This document shows positions 9,660 to 23,915 of a stretch of DNA of 64,000 nucleotides, piece by piece. A model generated the notes under the pieces. It did not search any database, had not been told where the DNA came from, and worked only from the letters and a program-made list of their open reading frames with translations. The DNA lies in the NCBI GenBank assembly GCA_964057225.1, contig OZ059896.1, forward strand, positions 23,312,001 to 23,376,000, in the 5' to 3' direction. Each line of letters starts with the position of its first letter. Position 1 is the first letter of the stretch. The stretch is from Auanema rhodensis. Its lineage: Eukaryota > Animalia > Nematoda. A program made the position numbers and the translations under genes.

Positions 9660-12600
9660 CGTGATGTGCACTTGGTATGTAACTCGCTTCACGTGAAAGA
9701 TAAAGAGATGCGGATTTCAAAATTAGATTCCCCATGTCCATATTAGTCTAAAAACAAATTTTTATTAATATTGGTTCATGGTAACCATGTCTTTGAAATT
9801 TACGTGAACTTTAATTTATGCTAATTAAATGTACACGTGATGTGCACTTGGTATGTAACTCGCTTCACGTGAAAGATAAAGAGATGCGGTTTTCAAAATT
9901 AGATTCCCCATGTCCATATTAGTCTAAAAACAAATTTTTATTAATATTGGTTCATGGTAACCATGACTTTGAAATTTACGTGAACTTTAATTTATGCTAA
10001 TTAAATGTACACGTGATGTGCACTTGGTATGTAACTCGCTTCACGTAAAAGATAAAGAGATGCGGTTTTCAAAATTAGATTCCCCATGTCCATATTAGTC
10101 TAAAAACAAATTTTTATTGATATTGGTTCATGGTAACCATGACTTTGAAATTTACGTGAACTTTAATTTATGCTAATTAAATGTACACGTGATGTGCACT
10201 TGGTATGTAACTCGCTTCACGTGAAAGATAAAGAGATGCGGTTTTCAAAATTAGATTCCCCATGTCCATATTAGTCTAAAAACAAATTTTTATTAATATT
10301 GGTTCATGGTAACCATGTCTTTGAAATTTACGTGAACTTTAATTTATGCTAATTAAATGTACACGTGATGTGCACTTGGTATGTAACTCGCTTCACGTGA
10401 AAGATAAAGAGATGCGGTTTTCAAAATTAGATTCCCCATGTCCATATTAGTCTAAAAACAAATTTTTATTAATATTGGTTCATGGTAACCATGTCTTTGA
10501 AATTTACGTGAACTTTAATTTATGCTAATTAAATGTACACGTGATGTGCACTTGGTATGTAACTCGCTTCACGTGAAAGATAAAGAGATGCGGTTTCCAA
10601 AATTAAATTCCCCATGTCCATATTAGTCTAAAAACAAATTTTTATTAATATTGGTTCATGGTAACCATGTCTTTGAAATTTACGTGAACTTTAATTTATG
10701 CTAATTAAATGTACACGTGATGTGCACTTGGTATGTAACTCGCTTCACGTGAAAGATAAAGAGATGCGGTTTTCAAAATTAGATTCCCCATGTCCATATT
10801 AGTCTAAAAACAAATTTTTATTAATATTGGTTCATGGTAACCATGTCTTTGAAATTTACGTGAACTTTAATTTATGCTAATTAAATGTACACGTGATGTG
10901 CACTTGGTATGTAACTCGCTTCACGTGAAAGATAAAGAGATGCGGTTTCCAAAATTAGATTCCCCATTTCCATATTAGTCTAAAAACAAATTTTTATTAA
11001 TATTGGTTTATGGTAACCATGTCTTTGAAATTTACGTGAACTTTAATTTATGCTAATTAAATGTACACGTGATGTGCACTTGGTATGTAACTCGCTTCAC
11101 GTGAAAGATAAAGAGATGCGGTTTCCAAAATTAGATTCCCCATTTCCATATTAGTCTAAAAACAAATTTTTATTAATATTGGTTCATGGTAACCATGACT
11201 TTGAAATTTACGTGAACTTTAATTTATGCTAATTAAATGTACACGTGATGTGCACTTGGTATGTAACTCGCTTCACGTGAAAGATAAAGAGATGCGGTTT
11301 TCAAAATTAGATTCTCCATGTCCATATTAGTCTAAAAACAAATTTTTATTAATATTGGTTCATGGTAACCATGTCTTTGAAATTTACGTGAACTTTAATT
11401 TATGCTAATTAAATGTACACGTGATGTGCACTTGGTATGTAACTCGCTTCACGTGAAAGATAAAGAGATGCGGTTTTCAAAATTAGATTCCCCATGTCCA
11501 TATTAGTCTAAAAACAAATTTTTATTGATATTGGTTCATGGTAACCATGACTTTGAAATTTACGTGAACTTTAATTTATGCTAATTAAATGTACACGTGA
11601 TGTGCACTTGGTATGTAACTCGCTTCACGTGAAAGATAAAGAGATGCGGATTTCAAAATTAGATTCCCCATGTCCATATTAGTCTAAAAACAAATTTTTA
11701 TTAATATTGGTTCATGGTAACCATGTCTTTGAAATTTACGTGAACTTTAATTTATGCTAATTAAATGTACACGTGATGTGCACTTGGTATGTAACTCGCT
11801 TCACGTGAAAGATAAAGAGATGCGGTTTTCAAAATTAGATTCCCCATGTCCATATTAGTCTAAAAACAAATTTTTATTAATATTGGTTCATGGTAACCAT
11901 GACTTTGAAATTTACGTGAACTTTAATTTATGCTAATTAAATGTACACGTGATGTGCACTTGGTATGTAACTCGCTTCACGTAAAAGATAAAGAGATGCG
12001 GTTTTCAAAATTAGATTCCCCATGTCCATATTAGTCTAAAAACAAATTTTTATTGATATTGGTTCATGGTAACCATGACTTTGAAATTTACGTGAACTTT
12101 AATTTATGCTAATTAAATGTACACGTGATGTGCACTTGGTATGTAACTCGCTTCACGTGAAAGATAAAGAGATGCGGTTTTCAAAATTAGATTCCCCATG
12201 TCCATATTAGTCTAAAAACAAATTTTTATTAATATTGGTTCATGGTAACCATGTCTTTGAAATTTACGTGAACTTTAATTTATGCTAATTAAATGTACAC
12301 GTGATGTGCACTTGGTATGTAACTCGCTTCACGTGAAAGATAAAGAGATGCGGTTTTCAAAATTAGATTCCCCATGTCCATATTAGTCTAAAAACAAATT
12401 TTTATTAATATTGGTTCATGGTAACCATGTCTTTGAAATTTACGTGAACTTTAATTTATGCTAATTAAATGTACACGTGATGTGCACTTGGTATGTAACT
12501 CGCTTCACGTGAAAGATAAAGAGATGCGGTTTCCAAAATTAAATTCCCCATGTCCATATTAGTCTAAAAACCAATTTTTATTAATATTGGTTCATGGTAA

Positions 12601-13531
12601 CCATGTCTTTGAAATTTACGTGAACTTTAATTTATGCTAATTAAATGTACACGTGATGTGCACTTGGTATGTAACTCGCTTCACGTGAAAGATAAAGAGA
12701 TGCGGTTTTCAAAATTAGATTCCCCATGTCCATATTAGTCTAAAAACAAATTTTTATTAATATTGGTTCATGGTAACCATGTCTTTGAAATTTACGTGAA
12801 CTTTAATTTATGCTAATTAAATGTACACGTGATGTGCACTTGGTATGTAACTCGCTTCACGTGAAAGATAAAGAGATGCGGTTTCCAAAATTAGATTCCC
12901 CATTTCCATATTAGTCTAAAAACAAATTTTTATTAATATTGGTTTATGGTAACCATGTCTTTGAAATTTACGTGAACTTTAATTTATGCTAATTAAATGT
13001 ACACGTGATGTGCACTTGGTATGTAACTCGCTTCACGTGAAAGATAAAGAGATGCGGTTTCCAAAATTAGATTCCCCATTTCCATATTAGTCTAAAAACA
13101 AATTTTTATTAATATTGGTTCATGGTAACCATGACTTTGAAATTTACGTGAACTTTAATTTATGCTAATTAAATGTACACGTGATGTGCACTTGGTATGT
13201 AACTCGCTTCACGTGAAAGATAAAGAGATGCGGTTTTCAAAATTAGATTCTCCATGTCCATATTAGTCTAAAAACAAATTTTTATTAATATTGGTTCATG
13301 GTAACCATGTCTTTGAAATTTACGTGAACTTTAATTTATGCTAATTAAATGTACACGTGATGTGCACTTGGTATGTAACTCGCTTCACGTGAAAGATAAA
13401 GAGATGCGGTTTTCAAAATTAGATTCCCCATGTCCATATTAGTCTAAAAACAAATTTTTATTGATATTGGTTCATGGTAACCATGACTTTGAAATTTACG
13501 TGAACTTTAATTTATGCTAATTAAATGTACA
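9660..13531 (+). repeat. Local higher-order repeat: 11-mer (1936 bp) x2
   Basis: cggattt at 9711/11647, cacgtaaa at 10047/11983, plus attaaattc (~10605/12541) and ggtttatgg (~11005/12941), all offset by 1936. Confidence 0.9.
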
Positions 13532-16500
13532 CGTGATGTGCACTTGGTATGTAACTCGCTTCACGTGAAAGATAAAGAGATGCGGTTTTCAAAATTAGAT
13601 TCCCCATGTTCATATTAGTCTAAAAACAAATTTTTATTGATATTGGTTCATGGTAACCATGATTTTGAAATTTACGTGAACTTTAATTTATGCTAATTAA
13701 ATGTACACGTGATGTGCACTTGGTATGTAACTCGCTTCACGTGAAAGATAAAGAAATGCGGTTTTTAAAATTAGATTCCCCATGTCCATATTAGTCTAAA
13801 AACAAATTTTTATTAATATTGGTTCATGGTAACCATGTCTTTGAAATTTACGTGAACTTTAATCTATGCTAATTAAATGTACACGTGATGTGCACTTGGT
13901 ATGTAACTCGCTTCACGTGAAAGATAAAGAGATGCGGTTTTCAAAATTAGATTCCCCATGTCCATATTAGTCTAAAAACAAATTTTTATTAATATTGGTT
14001 CATGGTAACCATGACTTTGAAATTTACGTGAACTTTAATTTATGCTAATTAAATGTACACGTGATGTGCACTTGGTATGTAACTCGCTTCACGTAAAAGA
14101 TAAAGAGATGCGGTTTTCAAAATTAGATTCCCCATGTCCATATTAGTCTATAAACAAATTTTTATTGATATTGGTTCATGGTAACCATGACTTTGAAATT
14201 TACGTGAACTTTAATTTATGCTAATTAAATGTACACGTGATGTGCACTTGGTATGTAAGTCGCTTCACGTGAAAGATAAAGAGATGCGGTTTTCAAAATT
14301 AGATTCCCCATGTCCATATTAGTCTAAAAACAAATTTTTATTAATATTGGTTCATGGTAACCATGTCTTTGAAATTTACGTGAACTTTAATTTATGCTAA
14401 TTAAATGTACACGTGATGTGCACTTGGTATGTAACTCGCTTCACGTGAAAGATAAAGAGATGCGGTTTTCAAAATTAGATTCCCCATGTCCATATTAGTC
14501 TAAAAACAAATTTTTATTAATATTGGTTCATGGTAACCATGTCTTTGAAATTTACGTGAACTTTAATTTATGCTAATTAAATGTACACGTGATGTGCACT
14601 TGGTATGTAACTCGCTTCACGTGAAAGATAAAGAGATGCGGTTTCCAAAATTAGATTCCCCATTTCCATATTAGTCTAAAAACAAATTTTTATTAATATT
14701 GGTTCATGGTAACCATGTCTTTGAAATTTACGTGAACTTTAATTTATGCTAATTAAATGTACACGTGATGTGCACTTGGTATGTAACTCGCTTCACGTGA
14801 AAGATAAAGAGATGCGGTTTTCAAAATTAGATTCCCCATGTCCATATTAGTCTAAAAACAAATTTTTATTAATATTGGTTCATGGTAACCATGTCTTTGA
14901 AATTTACGTGAACTTTAATTTATGCTAATTAAATGTACACGTGATGTGCACTTGGTATGTAACTCGCTTCACGTGAAAGATAAAGAGATGCGGTTTCCAA
15001 AATTAGATTCCCCATTTCCATATTAGTCTAAAAACAAATTTTTATTAATATTGGTTCATGGTAACCATGTCTTTGAAATTTACGTGAACTTTAATTTATG
15101 CTAATTAAATGTACACGTGATGTGCACTTGGTATGTAACTCGCTTCACGTGAAAGATAAAGAAATGCGGTTTTCAAAATTAGATTCCCCATGTCCATTTT
15201 AGTCTAAAAACAAATTTTTATTGATATTGGTTCATGGTAACCATGACTTTGAAATTTACGTGAACTTTAATTTATGCTAATTAAATGTACACGTGATGTG
15301 CACTTGGTATGTAACTCGCTTCACGTGAAAGATAAAGAGATGCGGTTTTCAAAATTAGATTCTCCATGTCCATATTAGTCTAAAAACAAATTTTTATTAA
15401 TATTGGTTCATGGTAACCATGTCTTTGAAATTTACGTGAACTTTAATTTATGCTAATTAAATGTACACGTGATGTGCACTTGGTATGTAACTCGCTTCAC
15501 GTGAAAGATAAAGAGATGCGGTTTTCAAAATTAGATTCCCCATGTCCATATTAGTCTAAAAACAAATTTTTATTGATATTGGTTCATGGTAACCATGACT
15601 TTGAAATTTACGTGAACTTTAATTTATGCTAATTAAATGTACACGTGATGTGCACTTGGTATGTAACTCGCTTCACGTGAAAGATAAAGAGATGCGGTTT
15701 TCAAAATTAGATTACCCATGTTCATATTAGTCTAAAAACAAATTTTTATTGATATTGGTTCATGGTAACCATGATTTTGAAATTTACGTGAACTTTAATT
15801 TATGCTAATTAAATGTACACGTGATGTGCACTTGGTATGTAACTCGCTTCACGTGAAAGATAAAGAAATGCGGTTTTTAAAATTAGATTCCCCATGTCCA
15901 TTTTAGTCTAAAAACAAATTTTTATTGATATTGGTTCATGGTAACCATGACTTTGAAATTTACGTGAACTTTAATTTATGCTAATTAAATGTACACGTGA
16001 TGTGCACTTGGTATGTAACTCGCTTCACGTGAAAGATAAAGAGATGCGGTTTTCAAAATTAGATTCCCCATGTCCATATTAGTCTAAAAACAAATTTTTA
16101 TTAATATTGGTTCATGGTAACCATGTCTTTGAAATTTACGTGAACTTTAATTTATGCTAATTAAATGTACACGTGATGTGCACTTGGTATGTAACTCGCT
16201 TCACGTGAAAGATAAAAAGATGCGGTTTTCAAAATTAGATTCCCCATGTCCATATTAGTCTAAAAACAAATTTTTATTAATATTGGTTCATGGTAACCAT
16301 GTCTTTGAAATTTACGTGAACTTTAATTTATGCTAATTAAATGTACACGTGATGTGCACTTGGTATGTAACTCGCTTCACGTGAAAGATAAAGAGATGCG
16401 GTTTTCAAAATTAGATTCCCCATGTCCATATTAGTCTAAAAACAAATTTTTATTGATATTGGTTCATGGTAACCATGACTTTGAAATTTACGTGAACTTT

Positions 16501-16699
16501 AATTTATGCTAATTAAATGTACACGTGATGTGCACTTGGTATGTAACTCGCTTCACGTGAAAGATAAAGAGATGCGGTTTTCAAAATTAGATTCCCCATG
16601 TCCATATTAGTCTAAAAACAAATTTTTATTAATATTGGTTCATGGTAACCATGTCTTTGAAATTTACGTGAACTTTAATTTATGCTAATTAAATGTACA

Positions 16700-18107
16700 C
16701 GTGATGTGCACTTGGTATGTAACTCGCTTCACGTGAAAGATAAAGAGATGCGGTTTTCAAAATTAGATTCCCCATGTCCATATTAGTCTAAAAACAAATT
16801 TTTATTGATATTGGTTCATGGTAACCATGACTTTGAAATTTACGTGAACTTTAATTTATGCTAATTAAATGTACACGTGATGTGCACTTGGTATGTAACT
16901 CGCTTCACGTGAAAGATAAAGAGATGCGGTTTTCAAAATTAGATTCCCCATGTCCATATTAGTCTAAAAACAAATTTTTATTAATATTGGTTCATGGTAA
17001 CCATGTCTTTGAAATTTACGTGAACTTTAATTTATGCTAATTAAATGTACACGTGATGTGCACTTGGTATGTAACTCGCTTCACGTGAAAGATAAAGAGA
17101 TGAGGTTTTTAAAATTAGATTCCCCATGTCCATATTAGTCTAAAAACAAATTTTTATTAATATTGGTTCATGGTAACCATGTCTTTGAAATTTACGTGAA
17201 CTTTAATTTATGCTAATTAAATGTACACGTGATGTGCACTTGGTATGTAACTCGCTTCACGTGAAAGATAAAGAGATGCGGTTTTCACAATTAGATTCCC
17301 CATGTCCATATTAGTCTAAAAACAAATTTTTATTAATATTGGTTCATGGTAACCATGTCTTTGAAATTTACGTGAACTTTAATTTATGCTAATTAAATGT
17401 ACACGTGATGTGCACTTGGTATGTAACTCGCTTCACGTGAAAGATAAAGAGATGCGGTTTTCAAAATTAGATTCCCCATGTCCATATTTGTCTAAAAACA
17501 AATTTTTATTGATATTGGTTCATGGTAACCATGACTTTGAAATTTACGTGAACTTTAATTTATGCTAATTAAATGTACACGTGATGTGCACTTGGTATGT
17601 AACTCGCTTCACGTGAAAGATAAAGAGATGCGGTTTTCAAAATTAGATTCCCCATGTCCATATTAGTCTAAAAACAAATTTTTATTAATATTGGTTCATG
17701 GTAACCATGTCTTTGAAATTTACGTGAACTTTAATTTATGCTAATTAAATGTACACGTGATGTGCACTTGGTATGTAACTCGCTTCACGTGAAAGATAAA
17801 GAGATGAGGTTTTTAAAATTAGATTCCCCATGTCCATATTAGTCTAAAAACAAATTTTTATTAATATTGGTTCATGGTAACCATGTCTTTGAAATTTACG
17901 TGAACTTTAATTTATGCTAATTAAATGTACACGTGATGTGCACTTGGTATGTAACTCGCTTCACGTGAAAGATAAAGAGATGCGGTTTTCACAATTAGAT
18001 TCCCCATGTCCATATTAGTCTAAAAACAAATTTTTATTAATATTGGTTCATGGTAACCATGTCTTTGAAATTTACGTGAACTTTAATTTATGCTAATTAA
18101 ATGTACA
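16700..18107 (+). repeat. Local higher-order repeat: 4-mer (704 bp) x2
   Basis: tgaggtttttaa at 17101/17805 and ttttcacaa at ~17282/17986. Confidence 0.85.
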
Positions 18108-21100
18108 CGTGATGTGCACTTGGTATGTAACTCGCTTCACGTGAAAGATAAAGAGATGCGGTTTTCAAAATTAGATTCCTCATGTTCATATTAGTCTAAA
18201 AACAAATTTTTATTGATATTGGTTCATGGTAACCATGTCTTTGAAATTTACGTGAACTTTAATTTATGCTAATTAAATGTACACGTGATGTGCACTTGGT
18301 ATGTAACTCGCTTCACGTGAAAGATAAAGAGATGCGGTTTTCAAAATTAGATTCCCCATGTCCATATTAGTCTAAAAACAAATTTTTATTGATATTGGTT
18401 CATGGTAACCATGACTTTGAAATTTACGTGAACTTTAATTTATGCTAATTAAATGTACACGTGATGTGCACTTGGTATGTAACTCGCTTCACGTGAAAGA
18501 TAAAGAGATGCGGTTTTCAAAATTAGATTCCCCATGTCCATATTAGTCTAAAAACAAATTTTTATTAATATTGGTTCATGGTAACCATGTCTTTGAAATT
18601 TACGTGAACTTTAATTTATGCTAATTAAATGTACACGTGATGTGCACTTGGTATGTAACTCGCTTCACGTGAAAGATAAAGAGATGCGGTTTTCAAAATT
18701 AGATTCCCCATGTCCATATTAGTCTAAAAACAAATTTTTATTAATATTGGTTCATGGTAACCATGTCTTTGAAATTTACGTGAACTTTAATTTATGCTAA
18801 TTAAATGTACACGTGATGTGCACTTGGTATGTAACTCGCTTCACGTGAAAGATAAAGAGATGCGGTTTTCAAAATTAGATTCCCCATGTCCATATTAGTC
18901 TAAAAACAAATTTTTATTAATATTGGTTCATGGTAACCATGTCTTTGAAATTTACGTGAACTTTAATTTATGCTAATTAAATGTACACGTGATGTGCACT
19001 TGGTATGTAACTCGCTTCACGTGAAAGATAAAGAAATGCGGTTTTCAAAATTAGATTCCCCATGTCCATTTTAGTCTAAAAACAAATTTTTATTGATATT
19101 GGTTCATGGTAACCATGTCTTTGAAATTTACGTGAACTTTAATTTATGCTAATTAAATGTACACGTGATGTGCACTTGGTATGTAACTCGCTTCACGTGA
19201 AAGATAAAGAGATGCGGTTTTCAAAATTAGATTCCCCATGTCCATATTAGTCTAAAAACAAATTTTTATTAATATTGGTTCATGGTAACCATGACTTTGA
19301 AATTTACGTGAACTTTAATTTATGCTAATTAAATGTACACGTGATGTGCACTTGGTATGTAACTCGCTTCACGTGAAAGATAAAGAGATGCGGTTTTCAA
19401 AATTAGATTCCCCATGTCCATATTAGTCTAAAAACAAATTTGTATTAATATTGGTTCATGGTAACCATGTCTTTGAAATTTACGTGAACTTTAATTTATG
19501 CTAATTAAATGTACACGTGATGTGCACTTGGTATGTAACTCGCTTCACGTGAAAGATAAAGAGATGCGGTTTTCAAAATTAGATTCCCCATGTCCATATT
19601 AGTCTAAAAACAAATTTTTATTAATATTGGTTCATGGTAACCATGTCTTTGAAATTTACGTGAACTTTAATTTATGCTAATTAAATGTACACGTGATGTG
19701 CACTTGGTATGTAACTCGCTTCACGTGAAAGATAAAGAGATGCGGTTTTCAAAATTAGATTCCCCATGTCCATATTAGTCTAAAAACAAATTTTTATTAA
19801 TATTGGTTCATGGTAACCATGTCTTTGAAATTTACGTGAACTTTAATTTATGCTAATTAAATGTACACGTGATGTGCACTTGGTATGTAACTCGCTTCAC
19901 GTGAAAGATAAAGAGATGCGGTTTTCAAAATTAGATTCCCCATGTCCATATTGGTCTAAAAACAAATTTTTATTAATATTGGTTCATGGTAACCATGTCT
20001 TTGAAATTTACGTGAACTTTAATTTATGCTAATTAAATGTACACGTGATGTGCACTTGGTATGTAACTCGCTTCACGTGAAAGATAAAGAGATGCGGTTT
20101 TCAAAATTAGATTCCCCATGTCCATATTAGTCTAAAAACAAATTTTTATTAATATTGGTTCATGGTAACCATGTCTTTGAAATTTACGTGAACTTTAATT
20201 TATGCTAATTAAATGTACACGTGATGTGCACTTGGTATGTAACTCGCTTCACGTGAAAGATAAAGAGATGCGGTTTTCAAAATTAGATTCCCCATGTCCA
20301 TATTGGTCTAAAAACAAATTTTTATTAATATTGGTTCATGGTAACCATGTCTTTGAAATTTACGTGAACTTTAATTTATGCTAATTAAATGTACACGTGA
20401 TGTGCACTTGGTATGTAACTCGCTTCACGTGAAAGATAAAGAAATGCGGTTTTCAAAATTAGATTCCCCATGTCCATTTTAGTCTAAAAACAAATTTTTA
20501 TTGATATTGGTTCATGGTAACCATGATTTTGAAATTTACGTGAACTTTAATTTATGCTAATTAAATGTACACGTGATGTGCACTTGGTATGTAACTCGCT
20601 TCACGTGAAAGAAAAAGAAATGCGGTTTTTAAAATTAGATTTCCCATGTCCATATTAGTCTAAAAACAAATTTTTATTAATATTGGTTCATGGTAACCAT
20701 GACTTTGAAATTTACGTGAACTTTAATTTATGCTAATTAAATGTACACGTGATGTGCACTTGGTATGTAACTCGCTTCACGTGAAAGATAAAGAGATGCG
20801 GTTTTCAAAATTAGATTCCCCATGTCCATATTAGTCTAAAAACAAATTTTTATTAATATTGATTCATGGTAACCATGTTTTTGAAATTTACGTGAACTTT
20901 AATTTATGCTAATTAAATGTACACGTGATGTGCACTTGGTATGTAACTCGCTTCACGTGAAAGATAAAGAGATGCGGTTTTCAAAATTAGATTCCCCATG
21001 TCCATATTAGTCTAAAAACAAATTTTTATTGATATTGGTTCATGGTAACCATGACTTTGAAATTTACGTGAACTTTAATTTATGCTAATTAAATGTACAC

Positions 21101-23915
21101 GTGATGTGCACTTGGTATGTAACTCGCTTCACGTGAAAGATAAAGAGATGCGGTTTTCAAAATTAGATTCCCCATGTCCATATTAGTCTAAAAACAAATT
21201 TTTATTAATATTGGTTCATGGTAACCATGTCTTTGAAATTTACGTGAACTTTAATTTATGCTAATTAAATGTACACGTGATGTGCACTTGGTATGTAACT
21301 CGCTTCACGTGAAAGATAAAGAGATGCGGTTTTCAAAATTAGATTCCCCATGTCCATATTAGTCTAAAAACAAATTTTTATTAATATTGGTTCATGGTAA
21401 CCATGTCTTTGAAATTTACGTGAACTTTAATTTATGCTAATTAAATGTACACGTGATGTGCACTTGGTATGTAACTCGCTTCACGTGAAAGATAAAGAAA
21501 TGCGGTTTTCAAAATTAGATTCCCCATGTCCATATTAGTCTAAAAACAAATTTTTATTAATATTGGTTCATGGTAACCATGTCTTTGAAATTTACGTGAA
21601 CTTTAATTTATGCTAATTAAATGTACACGTGATGTGCACTTGGTATGTAACTCGCTTCACGTGAAAGATAAAGAGATGCGGTTTTCAAAATTAGATTCCC
21701 CATGTCCATATTAGTCTAAAAACAAATTTTTATTAATATTGGTTCATGGTAACCATGTCTTTGAAATTTACGTGAACTTTAATTTATGCTAATTAAATGT
21801 ACACGTGATGTGCACTTGGTATGTAACTCGCTTCACGTGAAAGATAAAGAGATGCGGTTTTCAAAATTAGATTCCCCATGTCCATATTAGTCTAAAAACA
21901 AATTTTTATTAATATTGGTTCATGGTAACCATGTCTTTGAAATTTACGTGAACTTTAATTTATGCTAATTAAATGTACACGTGATGTGCACTTGGTATGT
22001 AACTCGCTTCACGTGAAAGATAAAGAGATGCGGTTTTCAAAATTAGATTCCCCATGTCCATATTAGTCTAAAAACAAATTTTTATTAATATTGGTTCATG
22101 GTAACCATGTCTTTGAAATTTACGTGAACTTTAATTTATGCTAATTAAATGTACACGTGATGTGCACTTGGTATGTAACTCGCTTCACGTGAAAGATAAA
22201 GAAATGCGGTTTTCAAAATTAGATTCCCCATGTCCATTTTAGTCTAAAAACAAATTTTTATTAATATTGGTTCATGGTAACCATGACTTTGAAATTTACG
22301 TGAACTTTAATTTATGCTAATTAAATGTACACGTGATGTGCACTTGGTATGTAACTCGCTTCACGTGAAAGATAAAGAGATGCGGTTTTCAAAATTAGAT
22401 TCCCCATGTCCATATTAGTCTAAAAACAAATTTTTATTAATATTGGTTCATGGTAACCATGACTTTGAAATTTACGTGAACTTTAATTTATGCTAATTAA
22501 ATGTACACGTGATGTGCACTTGGTATGTAACTCGCTTCACGTGAAAGATAAAGAGATGCGGTTTTCAAAATTAGATTCCCCATGTCCATATTAGTCTAAA
22601 AACAAATTTTTATTAATATTGGTTCATGGTAACCATGTCTTTGAAATTTACGTGAACTTTAATTTATGCTAATTAAATGTACACGTGATGTGCACTTGGT
22701 ATGTAACTCGCTTCACGTGAAAGATAAAGAGATGCGGTTTTCAAAATTAGATTCCCCATGTCCATATTAGTCTAAAAACAAATTTTTATTAATATTGGTT
22801 CATGGTAACCATGTCTTTGAAATTTACGTGAACTTTAATTTATGCTAATTAAATGTACACGTGATGTGCACTTGGTATGTAACTCGCTTCACGTGAAAGA
22901 TAAAGAGATGCGGTTTTCAAAATTAGATTCCCCATGTCCATATTAGTCTAAAAACAAATTTTTATTAATATTGGTTCATGGTAACCATGTCTTTGAAATT
23001 TACGTGAACTTTAATTTATGCTAATTAAATGTACACGTGATGTGCACTTGGTATGTAACTCGCTTCACGTGAAAGATAAAGAGATGCGGTTTTCAAAATT
23101 AGATTCCCCATGTCCAAATTAGTCTAAAAACAAATTTTTATTAATATTGGTTCATGGTAACCATGTCTTTGAAATTTACGTGAACTTTAATTTATGCTAA
23201 TTAAATGTACACGTGATGTGCACTTGGTATGTAACTCGCTTCACGTGAAAGATAAAGAAATGCGGTTTTCAAAATTAGATTCCCCATGTCCATTTTAGTC
23301 TAAAAACAAATTTTTATTAATATTGGTTCATGGTAACCATGACTTTGAAATTTACGTGAACTTTAATTTATGCTAATTAAATGTACACGTGATGTGCACT
23401 TGGTATGTAACTCGCTTCACGTGAAAGATAAAGAGATGCGGTTTTCAAAATTAGATTCCCCATGTCCATATTAGTCTAAAAACAAATTTTTATTAATATT
23501 GGTTCATGGTAACCATGACTTTGAAATTTACGTGAACTTTAATTTATGCTAATTAAATGTACACGTGATGTGCACTTGGTATGTAACTCGCTTCACGTGA
23601 AAGATAAAGAGATGCGGTTTTCAAAATTAGATTCCCCATGTCCATATTAGTCTAAAAACAAATTTTTATTAATATTGGTTCATGGTAACCATGTCTTTGA
23701 AATTTACGTGAACTTTAATTTATGCTAATTAAATGTACACGTGATGTGCACTTGGTATGTAACTCGCTTCACGTGAAAGATAAAGAGATGCGGTTTTCAA
23801 AATTAGATTCCCCATGTCCATATTAGTCTAAAAACAAATTTTTATTAATATTGGTTCATGGTAACCATGTCTTTGAAATTTACGTGAACTTTAATTTATG
23901 CTAATTAAATGTACA